NCBI GenBank assembly: GCA_027604505.1
Contig: JADIIX010000027.1
Span: 62,001-126,000, forward strand
Reading direction: 5' to 3'
Length of the DNA: 64,000 nucleotides
From: Gonapodya sp. JEL0774
Taxonomy: Eukaryota
The translations under genes and the position numbers were made by a program. Positions 25,401-35,210 of this stretch are shown here, in pieces (within the stretch, counting starts at the first letter, position 1; each line of letters starts with the position of its first letter). The notes beneath the pieces were generated by a model that made no database searches, was not told the DNA's origin, and saw only the letters and a program-made list of their open reading frames with translations.

Positions 25401-27683
25401 TCTGGTCTTATTGTTTGGTCACTTCGCAGTTGCAGTTACTCGACTTGCTTGGGGAGAATACAAAGCATAGGCTCTACTCACCGCTTTGGTGCTTCTGATT
25501 ATGAAATACCTGTGGACATTGCATCGGATCTCAAGGATCATTTGAATGGTAGGATCTGCAACACTCCTCACCTCTCAGAAATTTGCAAGCAAAAGCCTCT
25601 CGTCCACAGTCTCACCGAATGGCTTGGCATTTTTGAAATCATATGTACGAGAAGGGGTGTTAGGTTCGTGGTTACTGCTTGGATGTAGCTCCCTCACAAC
25701 CTTCTCACAACCGGGTGCAGGTAAAATGCTCTCTGAAATTCTGGATACGCGAGTGATGGTTAAAAGCTCCATGAAGTTGCACACAGACGACAAGGTTTGT
25801 AGGCCGAGTAGTTCACTCTGAATCTCACTGACGGCTTTTCAATCAGGCACTCATGCGTCTTCTGGATGCCAGACAGCTCAGTCTGAAGTACCTGGCGAAT
25901 GTGACTTACGGATACACCAGTGCTTCGTTCAGTGGTCGAATGCCTTGCAGTAAGTGAATTTCGTGCTCGCTGTAACCAAGTGCTGCAAGTCTCAACACCC
26001 CATTCACCAGTCGACATTGCCGATGCTATCGTCCAAACGGGTCGGGAGACGTTGGAAAAGGTAAGTGAAACCGTTCAGCGAGCCGTCTGTCTTGGGAGTT
26101 TCCTCTCTGATCTTTTTGCAATTGTGAATTAACATATAGGCTATAAAGCTCATACACTCCACACCAGAGTGGGGAGCACGCGTTGTGTATGGTGACACCG
26201 ACAGTTTGTTTGTGTACTTACCAGGGGCGTCTAAGGAACGCGCTTGGAAGGTTGGCAAAGAGATTGTCGACGAAGTTACAAACCGAAATCCATATCCAAT
26301 GAAACTGAAGTTGGAGAAGGTCCGTCTTAATTGCTGACGAATCCGACTTGCCCATTGTGTGACATGCAGCTAAAACTGATCACTCGGATAACTTCGACAG
26401 GTTTACCTTCCATGCGTACTTCAGACGAAAAAAAAGTATGTTGGTTGGATGTATGAGACAGAGGATCAAAAAGATGCGACTTTTGATGCCAAGGGGATAG
26501 AGACTGTCCGCCGTGATGGATGCCCGGCAGTCACGAAAATCCTAGAGCAATGCTTGAAGTGAGTGATTGCGAATCACTCACGTTGGCAGCTAACGTCTTC
26601 TAATTCCACAATTGGCAGGATTCTGTTTCGTACCCAAGACATCTCCATGGTGAAAACATTTGTAGTGCGTCAATTTTCTAAGATCATTACCGGGAAAGTT
26701 TCCATCCAAGATTTTATTATTGCAAAGGAGGTTCGATTGGGCACATACAGCGACAAAGGCATTCCCCCACCTGGTGTAATTGTTGCGAAAAAGAAGATGG
26801 AGTTCGACAAGCGTGCGGAACCACAGTACGGCGAGAGAGTGCCTTTTGTCGTTGTGAATGGTGGACCAGATTCGAGGTTGTACGAGAATGTCGTATCTCC
26901 CGAAGAATTGTTGAAAAGCAGGTGCCTTCTTTTTCGTACGAGCACTTCTCTGTTTTTGATTTTCATCACGCGTCGTCACCATCCCCCTTTTCTAAGATCT
27001 CTTCGATTGAATGCACATTACTACATCACCAAACAAATCATTCCAGCGCTTGCGCGCACTTTTTCTCTGATGGGTGTTGGTAAGTAAATCTTGAAGGTGA
27101 CCTAGCTGCAACTTGTCCCTCATGCCTACCACAATGCATCGTAGATGTCCTGTCTTGGTTCTCAGAAATGCCTAAAAGTGAACGAGCAATACGCTACTCG
27201 CTCACACAAGTAGCCTCCTCCCAAGGAGCACCTTCACAGGCACTTTTCTCCAGTCAGAAACGTACACCTCATTCTCGGAAAAGGAGATCTCGTGGACCGC
27301 AAACAATCGAGAAATTTTACGCCACGAAGCATTGCGTGGTTTGCCAAGATCTCTCGCCGCATGGTATGCTTATCAAGTGGAAGTATTCCATAAATACACT
27401 GACCTTTCCATCACTCAACTCCCACTCCCCTTCAGATGTCTGTCCTTCGTGTCGAGCAAATCATCAGGAATCCCTCGTGGCACTCATTGGTGAAGTCCGG
27501 CGCTGTGAGCATAAGTACACAAATCTCCTCAAGGTCTGCCGTTCTTGTACCGGTCACATCCCACCGTTGGAAGAAGATCCACAGTGTGAGTCACTGGATT
27601 GCTCGATCTTGTACGCCCGTGTGACCGCGAGGAGTAAGGCGAGGTACGCACAGAAGTTGTTGAAGGTGGCACAAGAATTTTGA
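19403..27683 (+). CDS. REV3: DNA polymerase zeta catalytic subunit, multi-exon
   Basis: VPTIRVFG...HVHQ, PHEAHIPYLLQFLLDHNLFGM, DPDIILGYEIHNSSWGYLVER, RGSQFKVES, LDFQSLYPS, KYLANVTYGYTSASFSGRMP, YGDTDS, KGIETVRRDGC, EPQYGERVP, C-terminal Cys clusters. Confidence 0.96.
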
Positions 27684-27850
27684 GGGTGTACAGGGCAACA
27701 CAATCAGTTTTGCAGTCGATACTCCATTAGCATGTTAATATGGCACATGAAATTATAAATCTTGATGCTAGGGAGGTAGACGATTATTGATGTTATCGAG
27801 CAATCTACCGGTTTATCAACAAAATATAACAATGCGTCAGAGTCTCAAAT

Positions 27851-29764
27851 CTACCGTTTCTTTCTCCCACCACCCCTCCTCGCCTCGTTTGGATTCTTCT
27901 TGCCAAACCCAATCACAGGTCCCTGCACACCTCTAGATCTCGCCTGTCTCAGCGCTCTCTCTCTGTCCACATCTTCGGCAAACATGTCAGGCACCCAGTC
28001 TGGATCCATAAAGTGTGCTTGGCTTTTCATCTCTTTACGGATAGCCCATTCTTGAGTTTTGAGCGCTTTTTGGTACTCGCGTTGATCTTCAGCACGGATA
28101 AGATCGGTACTGTTGCGGCCTCCTTTTGGCATAGGTACATCGTACTGCGACAAAGGAGTTGGATGAACAACGGCAGCAGGTGTCACTGTCACGAAACAGC
28201 CATTAGTCCGCTGACGCAGCATAGCATACCTTCGTACCCCTCAAGTTGTACTGGAAGTTCTTTTTCAAAAACACACGCAGGTTACCATTCTTGTCCACCT
28301 GCGACGTCGTCCTCATCAGGGTGTTTCCGCCACACGTGGGGCAGAAGCGCTTATCCATGGCGGTTGTAATCCTATGGAAACATTCCGAAAGGGAAGCCAC
28401 CCGAGCGATGAAGAGATGACACAGCTTAGGTGAGGTAATTCTGGTGCGAACAACTAAAGAAGAGAAGACGGAATTGGGCAACTCACTTGAAGCAGGCATG
28501 GCACCGAAGGACAAAAGTCTTGATCTTGGTAATGGCGATGCCATCAAACGAGAGTAGTCTGAGGTTCATTTGCAGCAGCACATTCTGCATGGCGAGAACA
28601 ATCAGAAAGCATCACATCCACGTATGTACTACAAACAACTGACCTGTATTGCAAAGTCTGCCGTCATACATGCAACCGTACTCTCCACCACCTTGACATC
28701 ACCGGCAGGTTGTGCTTTCGCTTTGAACTTGTGGATGTTGGCTGGTGTGATCCAGCCATCATCAAGTTCTGTGTCGTGAGCAATTGGGCTAGATGGGATG
28801 TTGGAAGGGGTTGAGGAAGAAGTGTCGGCAGCGGAAGGAGTGGCCGGAGTTTCGGTGCTGAGGGATGGGGGAGGATCGTCTGATGACCCGACTCGTGATG
28901 GGGCCTGCGATAAAATGGCATCGTCTTCGGCAGCATTTTGTACGTCATGATCCGAGAAGTCACTTTCGCTTTCGAGAGGGTCTTCTGCGCCCGCGTCGTC
29001 CGCTTCCTCCGCGTTTGAAGAGTTCGGTTCCGTGGAGTTCAGTTCCGTGGAGTTCGGTTCCGTGGAGGCTTCCACAGTGCCAATCTCAACCTTTCGGACT
29101 TCAGCCCCGCTGGGCTCCGAGCTTTTGCCTTTGCTCATTTCTATCGCTTCCACAACGGGTGTTGGCGAAAGTGGTCCGTTCGTCGACGGATTGTATGAAA
29201 TCGGCGATGATCCCTTTGTCTCGGCAGCAGGTGAGGCGCGCGCAAGTTCAGTTTTCTGGGGATTGGACGGCGCTGCGCTTCCAGGGTTGACGACAATTGG
29301 AGATTTGGGAGCGGTACGGAGGTGTGCGATGCCATTGACCTCTTTCTCCAGCATCCACGTCAGGGCGAGCACCTTCAAGTCCGTTACTGAAAGAACAGAG
29401 AAGTCTCCGGTTTTCTTAGAGAACGAAGTTACTGATGACGCCGATCATTACGATGTAGGAGGGTGATTTGTAGTTTTAACATGCAACTTTGAGATCAAAT
29501 CCGCATGAAGAGCTCACCTGCGGCAAACGCTTCCTCTGAAGGATTTCTAACTGCGATCGGCACTGGAAGCATTTCTAAATTCTGCTTCGCGCGCTTATCT
29601 CTGACCTCGTTAAGGACTTCAGGAATGGTGACGATGGTTGCTCCATCTTCAGTCAAGGAAGCGAGCTTCGAAGGCGGCAGACGGAGGAGAGGACCCGCGT
29701 CCAAGACAGTTGTTTTGTTTGGCGCTTTCGGTTTCGCTACGGGGACAACTGGAGTACTCGACAT
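27851..29764 (-). CDS. NOB1: 20S pre-rRNA D-site endonuclease, multi-exon
   Basis: PIN VLDAGPL...EVRDK, LSVTDLKVLAL, DDGWITPANI, CMTADFAIQ, LRCHACF...FCPTCGG zinc ribbon, LIRAEDQREY, GKKNPNEAR. Confidence 0.95.
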
Positions 29765-31791
29765 TGCTGGTGATAAAATTTCTCTTTTCTGCGACCGGCT
29801 TGAGGCCACATCCGATCACAGTAGAGGCAGCAGGACAGAGGACACCATTTGTGAATCTGTACAGCAATCCCGGTTCAGCACACCCAATCTCTCAGCAAAA
29901 GTTATTTTACTCTGGGCCACTTTATTCCGTCCTCTCTGTAGGTACTTAGTCATTAGTGGTTTGAGCCCGATATCTACCAACCTGAGCGGCCTCCATCACC
30001 ACGGGGCACCCATTCCAAGAGTCTTCTATATATTTTCGCCAAGTTAGTTTGAGAGATTTCAGTTTCTCCACTCCCCCTCTCCGACCATTCAAAAAAGAAA
30101 TTTCTAACCGCCTTCTTCCAACCCGATCATCACCGGCGCTTTGATTCTCCTCTTCACTCTACACAAAGGTACCTTGCACTTGCTTGGTATTACAAACGTC
30201 GATGTTCCGCAACATGAGCACACCAACCACGCCGGGTATCCAGGTTGCAGTTGAAAGGATTAGAATGAGAGTCTGGCATCGCTATACGCGCTTTGAATGG
30301 CGATTCGAGACTCGAGTGGGTGAGACGATTCGGTATGATGACTGCACTGGGAGGTCCGAGTAAATCGAAGATGAACTAGGAAGTTCCTCAACCGGAAGGA
30401 TACTCCTCGAGCTTAGCAGGAATAACGCTCTGCCAGATTGCCGAGGTCGCAATGAGGCTGATAGCTCCGCCAATGTTGCCAAATGTTGGTACCAATTGCG
30501 ATTCCAGGTTTCTTTCACGCAGACACACACACATGTCAAGATAGGGCAAACGTGAGCAAGGTTGAGCGAGCATGGAAAGAGCGAGCTATGAGATATCCTG
30601 TTTCACCATGCTGCGAACTAGGCGAAGCACTACAAGAACAAATATATCGCGGACAATTTCTGGAGATCTTGAGACCGGGTAAATGATAAATGATCATATG
30701 TTTCTTTGGCCACCGCGTTGGCGCAAAACAATCCCTTGACGAGCTTCGACTCCGTCAAAGCGCCCCGGTTCGCCTCGTTCAGATTCCTCTGTTCACGCCG
30801 AAAGTCAGCATTCTTGTGTCAGGGTTCCGGCCTTTTTGGACAATCGATTCGCTTTGTGCCGCTTTGTGGCGGTTGTTCATTTGTAGATCGTCGCGAAAAT
30901 TAGATACAGGAACACGAGTCTACTGGCCACCATTGTCAAACGATCTGCATTCCCATTCTCAGTAGCAGAGTTTAGCGGCATCACCGTCATCATCAGGAAC
31001 AATCTTGAATATATGGCTACAAACGATTTTCTCGTACCAGCTCTTGAATAGCTGAGGCGATACATCAATCGTCATGTACCTTCATTCTTTTGCTTCGTTT
31101 TTTGAGATCTGCAAGATAGAATCGACGATTCCGGTCCATGCTCATACGGGATCCATGAACATACATGCTCATAGTGAGCGTGCGTCATAAAATTTCTTCG
31201 CACTCATATAAACTGGATTCGTTGCTTGGGACACCTGGACGATGCACATGAATGAACGATAAACGGACGGGGCAAATATGAAAGCTGCAAATATTGTGAA
31301 TACTGTGTTACATGAACACGCATATGGGTGGACAGCATGCAACATGTCAGTCCATGCAAACGAGCGTGTCTTTGGTGTTTTTCATGAACTCACTCGCAAA
31401 GCGCTGTCCTCTCCAATGACCCAACCGCATCGAGCAAGCTCAGTCACGTGCATGGAACACAAAGCTTGCGGCGCGGAAAACGAACCACTCCACTCAAGAA
31501 GAGCATCAGACACGGGGATGTTCACCCAGTAGAAACACCTAACGGTGTCCGTAGATATCACGAATGATGCAGTCGACTTGATCAACATTTCTCAAACAAA
31601 AGATTGTTGGATTGGCGTTGCGTGGATGCGCGGCGGAGCTTGACGTTCACAGAGACAGCGAAGATTTATCTGTTTACTGAATAGAAAGTGTGGACAGAAT
31701 ACAGGTTAGCAGTATGTCGACGATCTGAAACCACTCAAAGTCCTCCTGAGCGAGAAACTCCAAACTCGTCCTTGCATTCCCCGTTCATCAA

Positions 31792-31862
31792 TCAGACAAG
31801 GCTGAAATTAAGGTGGTCGACACGTGTTCGTTCGGAATTACCCAATCATGTTTCGTCATCAT
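31792..31862 (-). ncRNA. Box C/D snoRNA, snR41-like copy b (18S Gm1126 guide) with a second 18S guide
   Basis: ATGATGA...GATTGGGTAATT-CCGA...GTGTCGA...TTTCAGCCTTGT-CTGA; D guide complementary to 18S CAAGGCUGAAA, D' guide complementary to 18S AAUUACCCAAUC. Confidence 0.88.
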
Positions 31863-32135
31863 CAAAATGGGGATTGCAGGACGCAAGCGCGGTGATACAG
31901 TGAGGAGGAATGATGAAATACTCACCAAAATAAATACACGTTCCAATCCGTGCCGTGAGGAGAGGATGCTCACAAACTCGACGACGGGATAGCGACACCT
32001 AATCGAACAAGCATTACACAAACAGCGTCATGTCAGCACATATCACCGAAAAGTGTGCGTTGAACAGTGCCGCTCCGTCCCCACGGTTCGGGCAATGAAC
32101 CCATCTCCCCCCACTCAATTCGGCTCCTCAACGGA

Positions 32136-32212
32136 TCAGCAAATAGACATTCGACATCGTGCTGCCCCCCCCGCGGGGGGCATTCCGTCCGCCCGTCTAT
32201 AGTTTTCGTCAC
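32136..32212 (-). ncRNA. Box C/D snoRNA, snR70/U43-like (18S Cm1639)
   Basis: GTGACGA (C variant)...GACGGGCGG-A-CGGA (D')...GC hairpin...ATGTCGA...CTGA; the guide pairs with 18S CCGCCCGUC and the +5 rule hits the yeast C1639 equivalent. Confidence 0.85.
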
Positions 32213-32502
32213 TTCCACTGGATTATCGCGGTCGCCTTCCGCACGGAGACGAAATAGGCGGAATGGTGCTGTGGGGGTCCAAAACTCACATATTTTCAGA
32301 GCGAGAGACTTGTCTGGGGACAGTATGATGGCGGGAGGTGGGGATATGAGATGGCAATGAGACTAGCATTTCGGACACCAGTAAATTGTTGCAGTGCGGG
32401 TTGGAGAAGTGGAAAGATTGGAATGAGACCACCCAGCGCAAAAAGACAAGACGGAGAATCTCCGATATCTCAATGTCCACTCGTCCCACAACATCGCGTT
32501 CT

Positions 32503-32594
32503 TCAGGAGTACATCTGGTTTCTTCGACACCGATCTAAGAGTTCGAACCACGAGTGGTCACACTCAAAGTTCCGAAAGATAACATGATCATCAT
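32503..32594 (-). ncRNA. Box C/D snoRNA, candidate snR68-like (25S Am2640)
   Basis: ATGATGA-TCATGTTATCTTT-CGGA...GTGTCGA...CAGATGTACTC-CTGA; D' guide would pair with LSU AAAGAUAAC(G) if this species has that variant. Confidence 0.72.
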
Positions 32595-32866
32595 TCACGT
32601 TTTGGAGTGGTGAAGAATGCGGCCAGAGGTCACAAGGATGGCACGAAACAGGGGAGGACTTTACTCACAGTAAGGGAACGGGTTACAGGTCCGGCAACAT
32701 TTAAAGTGAGTTGAGAGGTGTGGTCCAACGGTGTGCTGTGAGGTCAACGGAGACTTCCGAAAAGGATTGAAAAAGGATGGGGCAAAGAACAGAGGAAGTC
32801 AGTACTAATTTAAAGAACAGAACCAAATGACATCACTGCGGGAAGCAGGAGAACGATGGATCGGCC

Positions 32867-32945
32867 TCAGTGAGAAAGGTTGCAATTTGGTTTGTCGACT
32901 CGTGTTCGTTCCGAGTAATTCAATTTAAGTGATATTGGTCATCAC
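32867..32945 (-). ncRNA. Box C/D snoRNA, candidate guide for the LSU A upstream of the sarcin-ricin loop (SNORD119-like site)
   Basis: TCGGCC/GGCCGA terminal stem around GTGATGA...TAAATTGAATTACT-CGGA...GAGTCGA...AACCTTTCTCA-CTGA. Confidence 0.8.
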
Positions 32946-33198
32946 AGGCCGACCAGTTCGTGTGAAGAGGCAGTCCGGAGGGGGACGCAGAACTGGGCAT
33001 TCGGCGGAAACTCACCCAGGGGATTCCCAGGAGGATGGTTGAGGTGGAACAAGGAACCTGGCGGTGTGGTTTCGCGGAAAATGAAAAATGAGTCATCAGC
33101 GAGGTTGGAGCGAAGGGTGAGAATAGAAAAGATTGAACGGGGATCTACGAGAGCAGCTTGACCGCTGCAAATGAAGATTCCAGACAACTCTCTCCTCC

Positions 33199-33272
33199 TC
33201 AGACAAGGCTGAAACTGTTGCAAATTGATTGTCGACACGAGTTGTTCGGTGTAATGGTATGCAAGTCATCAT
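33199..33272 (-). ncRNA. Box C/D snoRNA, snR41-like copy a (18S Gm1126)
   Basis: ATGATGA...CCGA...GTGTCGA...AGTTTCAGCCTTGT-CTGA; 13-nt complement to 18S CAAGGCUGAAACU, with the +5 position on G1126 (yeast numbering). Confidence 0.9.
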
Positions 33273-33535
33273 GTACGTTGTCGCTGGTGGAAGCCTGAGG
33301 AGTTGGAGTTAGATGGTAGAGAGTCTCACCATTCGGACGTGGAAGAGAGTCCCGAACTAAGGATCCTGGTAAATTAGGCGAGAGCTTTCATGTTGGGGCA
33401 AAGCGTTGATCCTTGAGAACCTGGAACCGGCAAATTGGTATGTTGGTGACAATCTGACAATCGGATCAATGCTCCATCATCGCCTTCCCGGTATTCCCTC
33501 GGTCACAAAGGGAACACAGATTGATTTCAAGTCCA

Positions 33536-33607
33536 TCAGTTCTCCAAGGTGAACATAAAAAGTATGGAATTTTCGACATCGCGGAGTTCGGAAAGGAGAA
33601 TCATCAT
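33536..33607 (-). ncRNA. Box C/D snoRNA, U55/SNORD55-like (LSU)
   Basis: ATGATGA...CCGA...ATGTCGA...TGTTCACCTTGGAGA-A-CTGA; 15-nt complement to conserved LSU UCUCCAAGGUGAACA, same register as the U55 guide ACCUUGGAGA.CUGA as recalled. Confidence 0.88.
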
Positions 33608-33801
33608 GCGGATGGCTGGCTGACAACCAACGTGTCCTGACTGGGGAGCGGGATGTTACTCACGATGGGGAGTGGAAACACGGGTGTGATGGAGAGATGT
33701 TAGACAATTTCTTTTGTTCATCATGAGAACGAGTGGTCTGTGCACCGACCACAGCTTCTCTCCACTTGGAAAGAAGAAACTCAGGACGAATTAATTAATA
33801 A

Positions 33802-33809
33802 TTTATATA
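33802..33809 (-). promoter_or_regulatory. TATA box of the snoRNA host gene
   Basis: TATATAAA on the minus strand in an AT-rich patch about 140 nt upstream of the first donor. Confidence 0.6.
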
Positions 33810-35210
33810 TGATTCCCTGGTCATAATGAATTGAGAGGCTGAGACTTAGTATTCTGATCAGATCTCAGGAAGACACTAGACTGCCCTGTGTTCATGGAGA
33901 GTTCTTTCTCGTCGATCAAATGACTTTGAATGAATTCCCGAAATGGTCGCAAGACGATGTCTTGGCACTATGTACGTAAGCGCGTAAGCGCTGCATTTCA
34001 ATTGCTGCTTCGGCTTAACTAGTTCTCACTAGAAGAGAGATCATTCAAGATCCAGATTTGCGGTAATAAAGTTGAACGACTGCCTCATAGGACACGATGG
34101 GGACCGTTATCTATCAACATTGAGCACGACCATCTTCGCGTCCATGCCTGACAATTCCTACATAATCAGTCCAGCGTGAAGCGGGAGGTCTGGTATCATT
34201 ATGTATCCCCACATGAGTCCATGCATTTCCCAAACACATCACGTATCCTGCCCCTTCAACGCTGTGCACTCAGCCACTAACTGGATACTGGACGGTAAAT
34301 CCTTCATTCGTATTGGATCAGGTGCTCACTATTAGTTGGTTATAGAAGGTGCATCGGGCACCAACCTGTCAGCGCATTTGTGGAAAGACCTCTCGTTCCC
34401 AATCGTATGTTCCAGGAACTCTGAGAGATAAATTCACCAGCTTATTGAATGTGACAGTTAATGTAACCTACTTCACACGTTCAAAGTGTCCACACAAACT
34501 CAGCGAGGGCATTTGAAATCCGTATGCGTCCGCACCACCGAAGAGCTACTGCTATCTCACAACGCCACGGCCAAGTGATGGTGAGTCGAAAATTTTGTTG
34601 CTGCTACGAATGCAGATATAATACTGGTACAATATGATGCTTCGCAGCCGTCATCGCTGAATACTTCGGGAAAGAAATTACCACTTGTTTCATTCCCGCC
34701 AATGCTCGCTTGTCACTGCCGTTCTTGGAAAGTTCGCTTGAGTGTTGAGTCCTTCACGGCAGAACCGGAAGAGCATCCTCCGCCACAACATAACCCAGAG
34801 CCAGGATTCATACCAACACCAACAACCCCCAGTCCTCAACCACCGCCAATCGGCAATGTCTCTACCGCCTCCTCCCTCTTCCACGCGACCCGCCGGACTT
34901 TCACGAAAGGTTTCCCAGCTGCGGGGACCCGGAGAGCCTCAGGGGCTCTCTGCCCCTCCAGGAAGGGCAGACGCGGGTGCTTTTGGTGTGTAGGAAGCGT
35001 GATGTGGTATCAGGCATGTCGTTTTGTTGGGCTTCGTGCGAGTGTGGTGTATACTGACATCGCCAGAACGTGGAACTACTGTCAAATGGAACCTTTCCCC
35101 AAGTTTCTGGCACACCATCACTCGAGCATAATCCCCCGACTTGAAACTCGGCTAATTTCATCTCATCATCTATCCTTTTCCCTTCGATCCAATCATACAA
35201 ATTCCAAAAC

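Larger units (their letters stand above)
31600..33770 (-). ncRNA. Spliced non-coding snoRNA host transcript (6 introns); ends approximate
   Basis: GTGAG donors on the minus strand at 33663, 33329, 33015, 32668, 32289 and 31925, each 56-77 nt upstream of a C box; branch/acceptor motifs; short exons with no convincing ORF; TATATAAA upstream. Confidence 0.8.

Noticed and set aside
29020..29068. 15-bp tandem repeat
   Set aside because: Coding repeat (STEPN/STELN) in the disordered NOB1 linker; not CRISPR-like.
30955..30995. ATGATGA...CTGA on the minus strand
   Set aside because: Only about 24 nt between the boxes, with no intron context or rRNA complement.
32942..33238. 98-aa minus-strand ORF
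   Set aside because: Runs through snoRNA and intron sequence of the non-coding host; non-ATG start, no motifs.
33717..33724. Additional ATGATGA on the minus strand
   Set aside because: Lies in exon 1 of the host gene with no D box before the splice donor.
34340..34430. SGTNLSAHLWKDL, faintly integrase-like
   Set aside because: No extended ORF, other retroelement motifs or LTRs.
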